Assembly: GCF_006345805.1 (NCBI RefSeq)
Contig: NC_042999.1
Coordinates: 137,640,001-137,704,000 of the forward strand
Reading direction: 5' to 3'
Length of the DNA stretch: 64,000 nt
Origin: Octopus sinensis
Taxonomy: Eukaryota
The notes under the pieces are model-generated. The model worked only from the letters and a program-made list of their open reading frames with translations. It made no database searches and had not been told where the DNA came from. The first letter of the stretch is position 1. Every line of letters starts with the position of its first letter. Positions 50,285-64,000 of the stretch are shown piece after piece. The position numbers and the translations under genes were made by a program.

Positions 50285-50417
50285 CCCTGGATGCCACAGT
50301 ATTGGATTCCAGATTCTCTGCATCTGTTGAGACACCATTCTAGTGTCATTGCACTGAAATACTTTATGACCAAATAAGTATTATCTTTATTCTTGCGAAA
50401 ACAACCTAAATAAGTTG
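50285..50417 (-). CDS. Exon of the multi-WSC-domain protein: N-terminal half of the first WSC domain
   Basis: Acceptor catttctttcag| and donor GG|gtaagt; 133 bp, phase 1 to 2. It encodes TYLGCFRKNKDNTYLVIKYFSAMTLEWCLNRCRESGIQYCGIQ(G), matching the WSC pattern YLGC..MTxExCxxxC..GxxYxGxQxG. Confidence 0.9.
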
Positions 50418-50483
50418 CTGAAAGAAATGTCAGAGTCATTTTAATGGTAATTTATTTATCTTTTATGTGTATGTATTTATGTA

Positions 50484-50562
<79 letters not shown>

Positions 50563-51184
50563 AAGCTAAAAAAATACATATCTTACTGATAAACCAAAGG
50601 ATGAAAAAGAGGTTAGGGGAAGGTAAAAAAAAGTCAGAGAAAGTTACAACTCATATTACTTAGCTACATTCATAACTACAAGTTAGATATCTCCAGTTCA
50701 GTAAATTTCACTGATATCAGTACACAAATTTTATTTTTACATTTGTTCATTAATAATAACGTTATCTGTTGACATGCATCTTTTAACTATAACCAAATTA
50801 GTTTTGAATTATGTTCATATCTTATAGTTTATATTAACGAAGTAGAGATAGTATCAAAGAGATTCTATCTATACTTGAAATTGAACAAAATAATTTATGA
50901 TTAAATTTACAAGCAAAGGTACATGAAACAGTTTTATAAAGAAACAGAACTTTATTATTGTTTAATGTTTATACTACAAGGAAATGCTGTTTTTTCTTTT
51001 GTTAAGTTTACTTTGCATCTACTTAAAATTTGACATAACAAATATGTTTAAAATTTACAAAATATATTGTATCTGTTTTCAAACATCTTATAAATATTTT
51101 AAGAAAATATAATTTTTGAAATCATTATGGGCATGCAAAACATGGAAAAATCAAAACAAGGAAATCTAAGAGAATGCAACAAAG

Positions 51185-51357
51185 CAGCTGCTCGCTATCC
51201 CAAAAAAGGAGTTCCAGGAATGCTTCCATCAATGGAAACAATACTGGATAAAGTGTGTGACTTAAGGGGGCTACTTCAAAAGAGAGTAAATGCCAAATTG
51301 ATGTGCTGTGGTTTTCTTTTTAGAGCAGCAGTCTCAATACTTTTTGATCAGACCTTG
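51185..51357 (+). mobile_element. Mariner 3' end fragment
   Basis: PKKEFQECFHQWKQYWIKCV..GGYF, followed by the TIR AGTCTCAATACTTTTTGATCAGACCTTG and TA. Confidence 0.75.
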
Positions 51358-51958
51358 TACACTGTTATAGATAGAGTGGACTAGTGTGATAGCCATTAAG
51401 TGTATAAGAGGTGATGGTCTCCCAATCAGTTGGGCATAATGTGTGTACGTGTGTAAGTGTGTGTTTTTTTTTGGTGCAACTGAAGGAGACTAGGTTACTC
51501 TGTGTGTCCTCTTTGAAAGATATCTCATGAAATTGATTCATGACTGACATGTATCTAAGTTGCATATAGATGATACCTCTTCAGAAAAAGTTACTGATGA
51601 GTGACAGTATACTCTGAGTATACTCTGTCATGCTGTATATTATAGCTGTTGTTGTCATCATTAGCTTAATGATTAACTTTTGTTAAGAAATAAGGGAGAG
51701 ACAAAAAAATTTTTAATTAATTGAAAATAGAATATGGACATGCAAGAGGGAAAGAATCTGACAAACACAGTGCTGTCAATACTGCCAGATCTAAGATGAC
51801 TAAAAGATAGAGTTTTAGTGAATAAACACTAAATAGCATGACAACTTACAAGAATGGCCATAATTGAGTAGTTTGGCTATTTCTAATCCAATAGATGAAA
51901 TACTGATAGAGATAGACCATAGGAAGACAAATTTTACCAAAAGCTTCTTGTATCTTAA

Positions 51959-54077
51959 CCCCATGACAATGGTTTTCTTTTTATCAAGCAACTAGGTTGC
52001 ATTGATGGTAACCATCTCAGCTGAGATCAGCAATTAGGACATGACAATGGTTTGGCATATATTTACATCAACCGCTTTAGTGCAAGTACTATTTATTTAC
52101 CTAAACTATATCTTTGTGCAGGATGCTCATGTGGTATTATTCCTGAATAACATCATTCAACCGCACAAGTTAGATCAACTTCATGTATTTACAATCATGT
52201 GAATTCAAAACTTGACTTTAGTGTGGTAGACTTCAAAACAGGGTACCACACATAGTGGCATATCACATTGTGAACAATGGTATCTAGTTTTCTTACATTT
52301 CCCTTTTGCTTTACATACTGTGCATCTCTTTAAAAGTATTTGTCTTCTTGGCGATTGGGGGAAACAGTCGTGGAAAATGTTCACATCCCTTCACCATGTG
52401 GTGAGGAGAGAGTCTGGTGTGGGGACATCCACACGTTCTGCACTTTGGCAGGTCTGATGCTTCTATCATTTCACAGAACAATAGATTCCTGAATGTCAAT
52501 CTATCCACCACACCATCAAGCATCTGCCAAATCAAATGCGAGTTCACAACACACATGTCAACTATATACAAGAAAATTTTTTTGTACCATTTCACAAATT
52601 TCCACATCAATTTGTGTATTGTCACCAGCTGATCTGAGCAATCAACCCTGCCAATCCCTTCATTGTATGAAACAACTACAATTGGTTTCATTATGGCATA
52701 AACATCCGCATCTTGTTTCCTAGTGTCCTTCATGCTTGTAGAATGCATTGTCACATCATCACTCTAGAGCGAGAATGCCACTATTGGTTCAACAGTATGC
52801 TCTTTCTCCCTTTTGAAGTTTTATCCTGTGAAGATTGAGCAGCATGTTTTTCCTGTGCATCCTCATAGACCCACAGGCATTAGTCTTCCTTACCTGAAGC
52901 TGCAGGATGAGGTCTGGGCTGGAAAACCAATTGTCCATATAAATATTGTAGCTTTTTGTCAGACAAGTTTTTATTCAGCAACAACATGACATCAGTTGAT
53001 GCTAGAGTAGACGCTGAAAGTTCCAATATGTCCTGACTAATGTAGATTTTGTAATTCTACATGTACCCACAGGCTCTGCCAGTTAACTGGCATATTTTAT
53101 AAACCTTGACTCCAAAGTAGGCACGTTTGGTTAGGTTGTATTGTTTGAATCAGAGCCTTCCCTTGAATTTCCACAAACTCTCGTCTGTACAAATGTCTTG
53201 CATGGTGACATACACCGTTCTGAAATTTTCAGCCACTTTGTCAATGATAGAATGTATTTTGTGCAGCCTGTCATCCTGGTTCTCACCTGAGTTGAAATGT
53301 AGATTTAAAAGTACCAAAAATCAATCATGTGGCATTGTTTCCTGAAAGAAAGGTATCAACATGGCTGGATCCCAATTCCAATATGATGCCAGTGTTGGTT
53401 TTTTCATGATGCCCATCAGTATCAGCAGAACAAGCAGAACTTTAATTTCATCCCCTGTGGGTCTGACATGCTGGGGATGGCTTTCAGCATAATCATTCAT
53501 TTCATCCGCTCTATATTGGAACATTCTCTCAAAAACTCATGGAAGATTTCCAAAGGCAAACTTCCATGTTCAAGGTTTGCCTTTATGCCAGGCGTACCAG
53601 TAAACTCATGCTGTTGGATGAAATTGTCTCTCACTCACCACTGCAGCCTGCCTGTACCTTTGATTCACCGGAATATCATCATCACTATCGGAATCATCTG
53701 ACACTGAACTAAGAAAATACTCACTCCCCAAGTCATCATCTGAACCCTAAGAAACAACTGGTAAGATGGTGGAGCTTGGTGTAGCTTGGCGCAATGACCG
53801 TAAATTCGACAAAAGAGGACGTGACGATGAAGTTGACAGAGCCAGTGTGGTAGGATGCAACGACCATAAATTCGATGAAGGAGGATGCAACAACGAAGTT
53901 GACAGAACCAGAGTGGTAGGACCAGCCTAAATATTTACATGAAACATCTAATCACCTTATCAGTTGATAGATACTAACTCAAGCAACCAGTTCTTAGTCA
54001 GGCAGCACATAATTACATCAACTGATTTAAAGCATATACATTGCATGCATAAATTTACATCAACCATTTTAAGAGGG
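51959..54077 (-). mobile_element. piggyBac (PGBD4-like) transposon, about 2.1 kb, decayed, TTAA TSD
   Basis: Transposase fragments: EIKVLLVLLILMGIMKKPTLASYWN, KPIVVVSYNEGIGRVDCSDQL, KWYKKIFLYIVDMCVVNSH. Ends TTAA-CCCC (51955) and AGGG-TTAA (54078-81), with a 12/16 terminal inverted match. Confidence 0.85.
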
Positions 54078-57000
54078 TTAAGCAATCAAAGCTTCTATTT
54101 CATGTAGTTCAAAGTAGAGAGACAACTGATGTGGTGTAAGATAATAGTTTTTCACTAAAATCTGGTTATATCAAAATTGGTATACACACTGAGTTATATC
54201 AATACTCTCTCTCTAATCACTGTGATTTCTTGAACTTTTTCCCTCCTAAGTTCAAGAAAATACAGTGGTTAGAAAGAGAAAGTGATATAAAGTATTCTAA
54301 TAACGCAGTATATATAGATATTTTGTGTGTGTGTGTGTGTGTGTGTGCACATGCATGCTAGTGAATGTTGAGTCACATCATTTTTCAAACCCAAACAAAC
54401 TTATCAAAAAGTGAGTAACGTTAACAGCAATACTTTTATTTGAAGTCAGTTTTAAATCTAAGATACTGGAAATATATATTCAGGAAAATATATGCATAAT
54501 ATGGAAAACAATTAATATTCTTTTCACGCAAGGAATAATTAAGATATTTTAAAATATTCTATGTGTACAACAAGTAAATAATCTTTTCAATATATGCTTA
54601 ACAACTGATTAAGTATAGAATAAGTTACTCTTCCACTAGAATGAATGGTTGTACCCTAAGCTCCTTAGCTGAATGAAGATTGCCTAGCATGACCTAGATT
54701 CCTTTAACATTATAAATAATAAAATCCTACTTAATCCTAATGTAAAAAATAAAGACTTTCTCACCCTTTAATTTATATTAATTGCAGTCTCCTAGATTTT
54801 CATTCAGTCACTCACTCATGTATGTATGTATGTATGTATGTATGTATGTATGCATGTACACACACACACACACACACACATTATATATCTGTATATATAT
54901 ATACACACAGACATACACATTATATATATATACACACACACACAAACATATAAGCCAACTATAGAGTTCAAGCTATAAGTAGCAATTGTTGGCAATATAA
55001 AAGAAGTGTACAATTTAGACAGCTGACAAGTAATAAATGTAAAATAACCATTAACACCAGACTAGGATTGTCAAACAGTAAATTAGCAGAATAATAATAA
55101 AAAAAGAGAAAGAATAGCACTAAAGCCAAGTGAGAACTAGTGATGGGATATGTCTTCAAAAATCAGTCCATGTGACATAAACAGAGATTCTAATTTTTTG
55201 GCCTAATCCTTCAATGGAGAGGAAAAAAATGAAGTTTTGTCTTTACCAAAATGTTTCAATTTTCATCTCCTCATAGCTCACAAACATTCTATTTTATGAA
55301 CTTTTCTAGCAATATAACATTTGTTTAGTACTACTCCAAGTAGTGTTGACAAATAATGATATAAAAAACTTAAAGGAAGTCAATAAAGAATGTGACACAT
55401 TAAAGAATATAAAAATACCAAAATATGAAACTATTTCCATTATACTTCAATGTCAGAAGAATAATTGGTTATATTGTATAGATAACAAACAAAAAGTAGC
55501 TATTAAAGAGACCAAAAAACAAAGCATGCTGTGAAATAGAAGTAAGCTCCTGGTGAGTTAAATTAACAACTTAGACTTTATTTCCACTTGGCGCTATACC
55601 AATTCACATCAATAATACTCTTGAGAAAAGCCTGAACATCACACAATCTCATTTCACTATAAATTTGGAAATATGTACATAGAGAAAACAACTTTAAATA
55701 AAATTTAGTATTACTCACGAGTAATATCTTCCTACTAATACGATTAAAAATTAATTGTATTATTTTAAGTTTAATTAAATTTCATTACATGTCCAGCAGC
55801 ATCATTTAATTTAAAGACAAGAATACATTGATTATTAAATGTTATTTCCATTTAATCAATCACAATTCAAACTAGAAATAAATCAAGAGAAAATTTTTAA
55901 TTAATCTAAACATGAAAATTATAGTTAATATGGTGCCAGTATTAATAAGCTAGAAAAATCAAAGTAAATTTTAGAACATTTTAGAAAAGAAGTATTTTAA
56001 TTTTAATATTCACTATTACATTTTACCAGAGTAAGATGAACTAAATAATTACTTGGTTATTTTGCAACAAGTCTCTGCCTCAATTTGAACCCCTGACTGT
56101 TTTCTTTGCAATTAGGCTTTTGTAAACACAAGCAGGCTCTTTCAAATTGACAATTGATATCATGAAAAAAACCAATGACATTCAACAGTTACACAACAAA
56201 CCCACTGACTGACATCAGCAAAAAACCGATGGATCAAAAATTATTGGATTACTAATCAGTCTAAGCTCAACACAGTTTAAGAGAAGGGAACAACAGGCAG
56301 ATGGTCAGGCAGTCAAGGTAGATGGGAATGAAGGAATCATACAGTTACAGAGAAAGAAACAAACACAAACATACATCACATTAGGCATACTGACAATGTG
56401 AATGACCAAATTTATTATTAATCTAAAAATGGCAGGAACACATGCATTCTTCATCTACACACAATCACACAAACTGTCCAACTAAATTTCTAATACAAGC
56501 ACAACATTCTCTATTACTCCTTTAATTTCCTTAGATCCTCAATCTCATAATTACAGGATCAGGTCATAATAGTAATCTCACTGCTGCTCCAGTATTTTGT
56601 TAGTTTCTTTTCTTGGAACCATTGTGTTCCACTTCCAACTTTTAACAATAAAACATAAATTGAAAAACTACATACTACTCTTACTACTTTCATCATTGAT
56701 AAATTAATCTTATTATTAAAACATCATCCTAAGATCTGTTGTAATGGAGAAACAAAAAAGGTTTATCAGAGTTACAATTAAGAACTGTCCAACTATACAG
56801 AATGAAATACATTTTTTGAGCGGATATCTTCAATGAAACTGGTGACCATCCTTCATCAGGACAGTTGTGAAAAATTTATGAAAGAAAGGACTGTTTGTTG
56901 AAGAAGAATAAAAAAAATGGCTACCATCAAAATTGACAAAAGATGTTTGGGCTTGTGGAACATGTTTCACATAAGAAGTCATTTATTTCTTTAAAAAGCA

Positions 57001-57654
57001 GATATGTCCACTGTCCATTTGCTCAGACATTGTCAGACTAATGATTTGAAATTTAATTGGTTTGGCTCCAATGGTTGACTGCATCTCCAGTGTCATACAG
57101 AAGAATAATTCTACCTGGAGTGCATGAAACCCAATAGTTAAGCAAGGTGTGGAATGTTCTCATGCATCATCAGATCAAGGGCATCATGAACGCTTAACAT
57201 AATTTCCTATTCAGAAATTATGGAGAAGACTAGGCTTCCAGAGACCTGGAGTCTTTTGGGAAGGTCAGCGATTTCTCAATATAACAATAACACAAAGCAT
57301 TATATACAGCCAGCCTGCACAGTCAATGATGATTTGACAATGAGTAACAGAAGCATCAGCTTTTGCCAGTAAGGACACAAGGACACACTGACATCTTCAT
57401 GAACCTCTTAGTCATAAACCAGTAGAACAGTCAAGATGGGGCAACTGGAAGAGAGGGCTACACCTATACCAGACTAATCTTTTTCTTTTTTTACTCTGAA
57501 TGCATGAAAAACAAAGTTGCCCTTCACAGGATTTGAATTAAGAGCACAAAGAGCTTGAACAAATATTGCAACCTATTCAATGTTCTAATAATTCAGCTAC
57601 ATTGAACCAAATCATAGTGCAGCAATTATAAAGGCATTTATGAAAAAGCAGAAG

Positions 57655-58330
57655 TCATCATCTTCATTTAATGTCCATCTTCTATGCATGCATGGGTAGG
57701 ATGGATAAGAGGAACTAGCCAGGTAGAAAAAATACCCTAGGCTACTATATCTGTTTTTTACGGCTAGATGCCCTTCTGAACACTAACCACTCTGCAGAAT
57801 GGACTCAGAGCTTTTTACGTGGCATTAGCACAGGTGAGATTAGTTTTGACATGATTTTTACAGCTGGATGCTCTTCTAAATGCTAACCACATTAGTGTGG
57901 ACTGGATGCTTTTAACGTGGCACCAGCACTTGCAGGATAACCAAGTAACTCACAAAACAAGGAATTATGAGAGTGGCAGGGGCATTTGAGAAGGGGAACT
58001 TGTGTCAGAGGATGAAAGGTTAGAATGTGACAAAGAGACAGAAGCAGATGTCTTGCACAACAGAGGGGGCATTAGAGGATCCAGTAGATCCAGTGATCCA
58101 GTTGATGATGAAAGGTTAGAGTGTGATAGAGAAATAGAGAGGCAGAAATAGGTATCTTACTATAGAGAAGGTACATGGTTACCCAGTGAGAGAGAGAGAG
58201 GTGGGTACAAGAAAGAGGCCAGAAACAAGTGTGCTGATGTAAAGGAGATACTTGGTTACATAGTCAGAGAATAGAAATTAGAATCCAGTGAATAACATGA
58301 TTATATAGTCAGAAAATGGGAAGAATTTTT
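57655..58330 (-). mobile_element. Old RTE-tailed element (3' UTR type)
   Basis: CATCATCTTCATTTAATGTCCATC..GCATGGGTAGGATGG, repeated GGATGCxCTTC..AACCAC modules, then an AG-rich region like that at 31900-32250. Confidence 0.65.
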
Positions 58331-59899
58331 AGATAAGAGATAAAACTTAGTTTCAATCCCATGTAGATGTCATCCCATTTTGAGAAATTTCAGGTACCCA
58401 ACCAAACATTAGATTCACATTTTATTCTTACCCAACCAAGCATTAAATCCACATTTTATTCTCCTCAAACTTTAGCTTACATTGCATCTTGTAAAAAAAA
58501 ATAACATGCTTTAAATGTTCTTAAATTAAGTGGCATTCGTTTTTGTGGTGTTATTGATATGGTCCCTTGCATGACACTATCTAAAATCTTTATGCTTAAC
58601 TTTATATTATTTAAAAGAATTAAAAAAAGATTTTCTGCTCATGTACAGTTTGATTCATAAGTGGTTAAATAAAGACAAATAATTAGCATTTAACCATCAG
58701 AATACTACTCTTGTTTTTAAATTATGTGATGCCACTATAGATAAAAGGCCTTGCTACAATTTAAAATTAGAAAGTTAAAACACTAAATTGATAATGATTT
58801 ATCCCTTTGGGACTCACTGTTGTTATTACATTATTTCTAGCTAAACAGCTAGAAGTAGATAGATAAGAGTTTTGTTCAAGAACACAGTACTGCAAATGAA
58901 CATGACGAAACTGCAATTCTAATCAACTGATTATTAAATATGTACAAAACTAAAATATAAAACCAATTCTGTTATTAAATTTTGAAGTAATTGTTTATGG
59001 CTGTGAGAGAGGAAACTCTTTTCACCAAGAATCAACAAGTTGACTTAGGTTGCTTGTATTCTTGGCAAAAGTAGGGCAGCCACAATATTAAATATTCCCG
59101 TCCTCTATAATATAAACAGGATCCTGAATTTGATCAAAGGAAATTAATATTTTTTATCACTGATTTTCAATTTTCAATTTCAATTCACTTGTGTATTTTT
59201 TGTACCCTTGGCTAACATATAAATGTCAGAACATCCATAGAAATGTTATGGTTTGTGCCTAAATATAAAATCAACTTCAGTAATTAATTGTGCTGCTTTG
59301 TTTCCATCACAAACCCATTATGTCAATTGATTAAGAACAAAGGCTTCAATAATAGCTTATTATAAATAGATTAAGGACAAGTTAACTAAGACACTTAGAT
59401 TAGCACAACACTAATATAATGATTTTTAGATATTAATCAAATCAAGATATAAACAATTGTAAACAGATATTTGCAATACAATTTTAATTTACCTATCACT
59501 AAAGCAAAATAAAATTATGCCTAGTGTACTACCAAGGACATCAAGCTAATGAAATACCCTCTACATTTTATTTACTTTCATGCACATTTTATGTTCTCAT
59601 ATTTACAAAGCATTTGGTTTAAACAATCTGAATATGTATTTATGTTCAATCCTAGTTTCTGTCACTAATACAAAATTAAAACTAAAAAAATTCTAAGGTT
59701 TTTATTTTAGCATTGTTGCTGTACTCTAATCCTGTCAAAGCTCCCTATGACACTATCAAGATGAAGGAGCTGCAGAAAAAGAAAAAAAAGAAAAAAACCA
59801 GGCTTAACTCCATATTAAAAATGTATGTTATTACTCACTTCTGTCACTGTAGAAAGTAATTTTAGAGGTATGAAGCGTGTTTCTTGCCTTTTCTTTTAC

Positions 59900-60786
59900 A
59901 TTTTAAATATAAGTTGTGAGAATAAGAAAAGGCTGAACAAAGTTCAGAGAGCTCCTATCTCTACTGGCAACAAAGGGCCTTTCCCTCAGAGTGAAAGGCA
60001 GATTGTATGGTACTTGTGTGTGAACAGCTATGCCACATACCAGTGAAACATGGACTGTGTCAGCCAAGGACATGTGTAGGCTTGAAAGAAATGAAGCCAG
60101 TATACTTTGCTGAATGTACAATGTCAGTGTGCATGTTCAACAGTGTAATCATCTTGAGAGAAAAGATAGGCATAAGAGGCATCAGATGTGGTGTGCAAGA
60201 GAGACAACTGTGCTGGTATGGTCATGTGATGCATATGGACAAGGACAGCTGTGTAAAAAAAAGTGCCAATCTCTAACTGTGGAGGGAACCTGTGGTAGAG
60301 GTAGACCTAGGAAGACATGGGATGAGGTGGTGAAGCATGATCTTCAAACTTTGGGCTTCATAGTGACAATGACTAGTGTTTGAGATTTTTGGCAATATGC
60401 TGTGATTAAGAAGACCTGTCAAGCCAAGTGAAATTGAAGTCATGGTTGATGTTGGTGTCACGTAACTGGCACCCATGCCAGTGGTACATTTTGAGAGTTG
60501 GGCCTCATGGAGGCAATGACCTTTGGCCTTATGTTGTGCTTCAGAAGACCCATCAAGCTGAGCTAAATCACAATTGTAGCAGATACTGGTGTCATGCAAA
60601 TGGCATCAATGCTGGTGGCATGTAAAAGCACCCATTACACACTTGGAGTGGGTGGCATTAGGAAGGGCATCTAGCCATAGAAACCATGCCAAATCAGCCT
60701 TCCATTTTGTCAACCCTGGTCAAACCGTCCAACCCATGCCAGCATGGACAACAGACATTAAATGATGATGATGACGATGATGATGA
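59900..60786 (+). mobile_element. RTE LINE 3' fragment
   Basis: LREKIGIRGIRCGVQERQLCWYGHVMHMDKDSCVKK; LTVEGTCGRGRPRKTWDEVVKHDL; 3' UTR and (GAT)n tail. Confidence 0.9.
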
Positions 60787-60974
60787 AAATTATGAAGACA
60801 ACAGCAAATAAATTCTATTTACAATTCAAGGATTTTGAGAAAAAAGAAAGAAAATAAGTAGATAAATATAGAGAAGTGCCTGGCTCTGATACCTTTTCTC
60901 TCTACCTGTTAATAATACTCATGCTATTATCACTTCTATAAATCAGTGTGTTTGACTTTAAAAAAAAAAGCATA

Positions 60975-61138
60975 GATGTAGGTGCAGGAGTGGATGTATG
61001 GTAAATAGCTTGCTTACCAACCACATGGTTCCAGGTTCATTCCCACTGCGTGGTACCTTGGGCAAGTGTCTTCTACGATAGCCTTGTGAGTGGATTTGGT
61101 AGACGGAAACTGAAAGAAGCCCATCATATATATGTGTG

Positions 61139-61209
<71 letters not shown>

Positions 61210-61405
61210 ATATGTTTGTATGTCTGTGTTTGTCCCCCCCCCCCCCAACATCACTTGACAACTGATGGTTGTGTGTTTACGTGCCCGTAACTTAGCAGTT
61301 CAGCAAAAGAGAGTGATAGAATAAGTACTAGGCTTCCAAAGAATAAGTCCTGGGGTCGATTTGCTCGACTAAATGCGATGCTCCAGCATGGCCACAGTCA
61401 AATGA
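60975..61405 (+). mobile_element. SINE with internal (TA)n/(TG)n
   Basis: The head GGTGCAGGAGTGGATGTATGGTAA..GGTTCATTCCCAC is tRNA-like. The body has GAGTGGATTTGGTAGACGGAAACTGAAAGAAGCCC, and the tail is CCAGCATGGCCACAGTCAAATGACTGAAACAAG. Confidence 0.8.
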
Positions 61406-63269
61406 CTGAAACAAGTAAAAGAGTAGTAAATTTTCATAAGTATTGAAATATATTACTGAAAATCATGCAATTGGTTTGTAGTCCGGGTAAACAAATAGAG
61501 TGAAAAAGCTATTTTACTTTTAAGAGCTATTCCTGTAGATGGTAATCTGACTTGATGAAATTGAATCAGGGGTTAAAGAAATCAAGCATCTCCACCACAA
61601 TAGTTTAGAATAGAAACCTAAAGAAGAGTGATTAGTACTTCATTCGGTGACAAATCCTGGGTTGATGCTGATTTCACTAGAATGTTACTAGAGAAAGTAA
61701 CACTGCATGTCACATCTCAAATGAGAGACTTGTAACCTTGGAACAGGAAAATCAGGATGCAGTCCAGTTACTATTCCTGCAATCTAATCCCACCAACCCC
61801 AGTTTATGATATTAAGCAGATGAAAGAGAACTCCCTATGTTTAGTACAGCAATCCATCATAAGTGACATTTAACTAATATCCTCAGCTAGATAGAATGAG
61901 GCACATAAAATTAAGTTATACATTGAATTAGAATTCAAGACCTTTGAGATGAAAATCTTAATAATGCATTTTGCCTACTCTCTCTTTTGTCCCTCACACT
62001 TGCTCACATATATTAGAATTTTTTACTGCACCCATTTGTGAATAACAGCACTATTAGATGTAGGTTCCATCAGGCTAATCAGTAGTTCACTGCAGTAGGT
62101 TTTAATAGATTCAAGTATAAAATTCTATATAAGAACAACAGTTAAAATATTCCTCAACATATATATTACAACATTCAACATATGATGCTTTCCACTTAAA
62201 TGAAAAGGATGGGTAGACTATTCAAATATATAATTTATTTTGAATTAGAAGTGACAAATTATTTTTAAAGTGACTATCAGATTTAAGCTCTTTACTCTTT
62301 TCTTTTTCCTTTTAATTGTGTAACTTACTATGAAATGACAGACTTGACTCTTATTTAATTCTAGATTTATAACAGGTCTGATTGTAGTTCAACATAATTT
62401 TAATAAAAGAATACAGAGATTAGTGTTAGGAAGTGCATATTTGTTTATAATTTCACTATATAAATGCTAAAACACAAGTTTTTCATCGTGACAGTAGTAA
62501 AAAGATAAGAATCTTGGAGATATGTTAATGCTTTCCCCTCTTTATGGGGCCAGATAACACCTCATGGGCCCACAGTTTAACAAATTACAAGAATTTTTAG
62601 TTGGTGATTCACAAGCTTATTTATTCAAATATTTTCAAAAAGATAAGTAATATTTCACCATGTAATTATAGAAGTGTCAAATATTGAAGTGACTTCAACA
62701 AAGAATTGAAACTAGATTATGGATAAGACTTGAGGACTTGCTTCCTATTCTATAGCACTCACTATTTTAAGATGCTTTTAACAAAAGGTGGTTTACAGTA
62801 AACTACTGACAGTACAAAAGACTGAACATAAATTAATATGAAGAATTCTCAAAATTAATAACAATCTATTTCTTTAAAAATAAACTAAAACATGAATTAC
62901 AATGAATTTATGTGACAGAAATATTTATGATACTGAGAGAGTAAAAAATATAAAAGACAATAATATTGTAACTGAAGTTATATAGGAGCAGCAAGTTTAC
63001 ATGGATGCTCTAGTATAACTGAAGCTACAACTATAGTCACTTAGACAGCATAAGGAAAATTACAGTTAGTTATTTGTTGAAAATAATTTTTCTTTATCAA
63101 AGATGATGAGGAATAAGAAAGAAGAATAATAGGGTGTCATTTTTCTTTTGCAAATATCCACAGAAAATTATAGGGAGTGAAAATGTTCACACAAAAAAAG
63201 ATGGAGAACAAATGGAATAAATGCCATAAAAAAATATAAGGACTATATTAATTTCTTTTCTGTAAAAGA

Positions 63270-64000
63270 TCAAGATTCAAGTTCCTTTTCTCCTGGACCA
63301 CCAGGAATTACTGCTAAGATGTGTAAAAGTTTTGGTGGTGTAGAATACAGCCTAGTTACCAGCATAATCAATTAGGTTGTAAAGACTAATATAGCAGCAT
63401 TATGATTAACTAATACAAGAGTAAAGAAGATGCCCAGAGAGAAGTAATTACAGAGATAGCAATTTGCTGGACCAGGTCATGAGTTATGGAAAGACATAGC
63501 TTAATAAATATGAGAAAGAGTTACACTACATGTAATGCAGTTTGATTTTATATCAAGACAGTACTACAGCTTTCTTCCAAGTCAGACAACTCCAGAAGAA
63601 CTTGGCTGAAAGTAAATCACTGTACTTAACATTTGTTGACCTGGAGAAAACCTTAGACACGGTCCCTCACTCATGATCTAGTGGTCACTGAGGAAGCTAG
63701 AAGTAGATGAATGGTTTGTGAGAGCCATACAAACCATATGCAGTAGTGCTGTCAATAAAGTGAGAGTTAGCAAATGAGTACAGTAACAAACTTAATGTAT
63801 ATGTAAGATTTCATCAAGACTCAGTTCTCAGCCTTCCACATCATCACAGTCATCCGGGTTATAATAGAAGAGTTTAAACCTGGTTGCCCAAGGGAATTGC
63901 TATATACTGTTGACCTTGTTCTTATAGCTGAATATGTAACAAAATCAGAAAAGAAAGTTCAGATATTGAAGCAAAATCTGGAATTAAAAACCTCAAAGTT
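63270..64000 (+). mobile_element. RTE LINE RT-region fragment (runs off the window)
   Basis: SPGPPGITAKM; LYLTFVDLEKTLDTVP; LRKLEVDEWFVRAIQ; FHQDSVLS; CPRELLYTVDLVLIAE. Confidence 0.85.

Noticed and set aside
58818-58889. 72-bp minus-strand phase-0 candidate exon with good splice sites
   Set aside because: It overlaps a SINE-like remnant (GTTCAAGAACACAG), has no recognisable motif, and its phase does not fit the exon at 50417.

Overview
AT-rich, microsatellite-rich animal genomic DNA. The SINE and RTE families and the (TA)n/(CA)n/(CAT)n tracts look like a coleoid cephalopod (Octopus-like); this is an inference. Most of the window is intron of one minus-strand host gene not shown in the ORF track. 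I read four exons (50417-50285, 18083-17944, 10871-10836, 4959-4818) that splice in frame to about 149 codons encoding one complete WSC domain, a short linker and the first half of a second WSC domain. The first domain is split by a 32.2-kb intron. The introns hold decayed transposons: several RTE LINEs and RTE-tailed elements, CR1-like and RLE-type LINE ends, tRNA-derived SINEs, four Tc1/mariner-type elements or fragments, piggyBac, Chapaev3, a truncated Ty3/Gypsy with 3' LTR and probable Penelope-like relics. The most unusual item is a near full-length 5.8S rRNA copy with a foreign stem-loop/A-rich tail and a 13-bp target-site duplication inserted in an RTE LINE. Also notable are a 116-bp loopless palindrome, a hammerhead-like relic, a perfect 173-bp spaced direct repeat and a 54-bp apparently templated insertion. 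All alignments were done by eye, and boundaries of old repeats are approximate.
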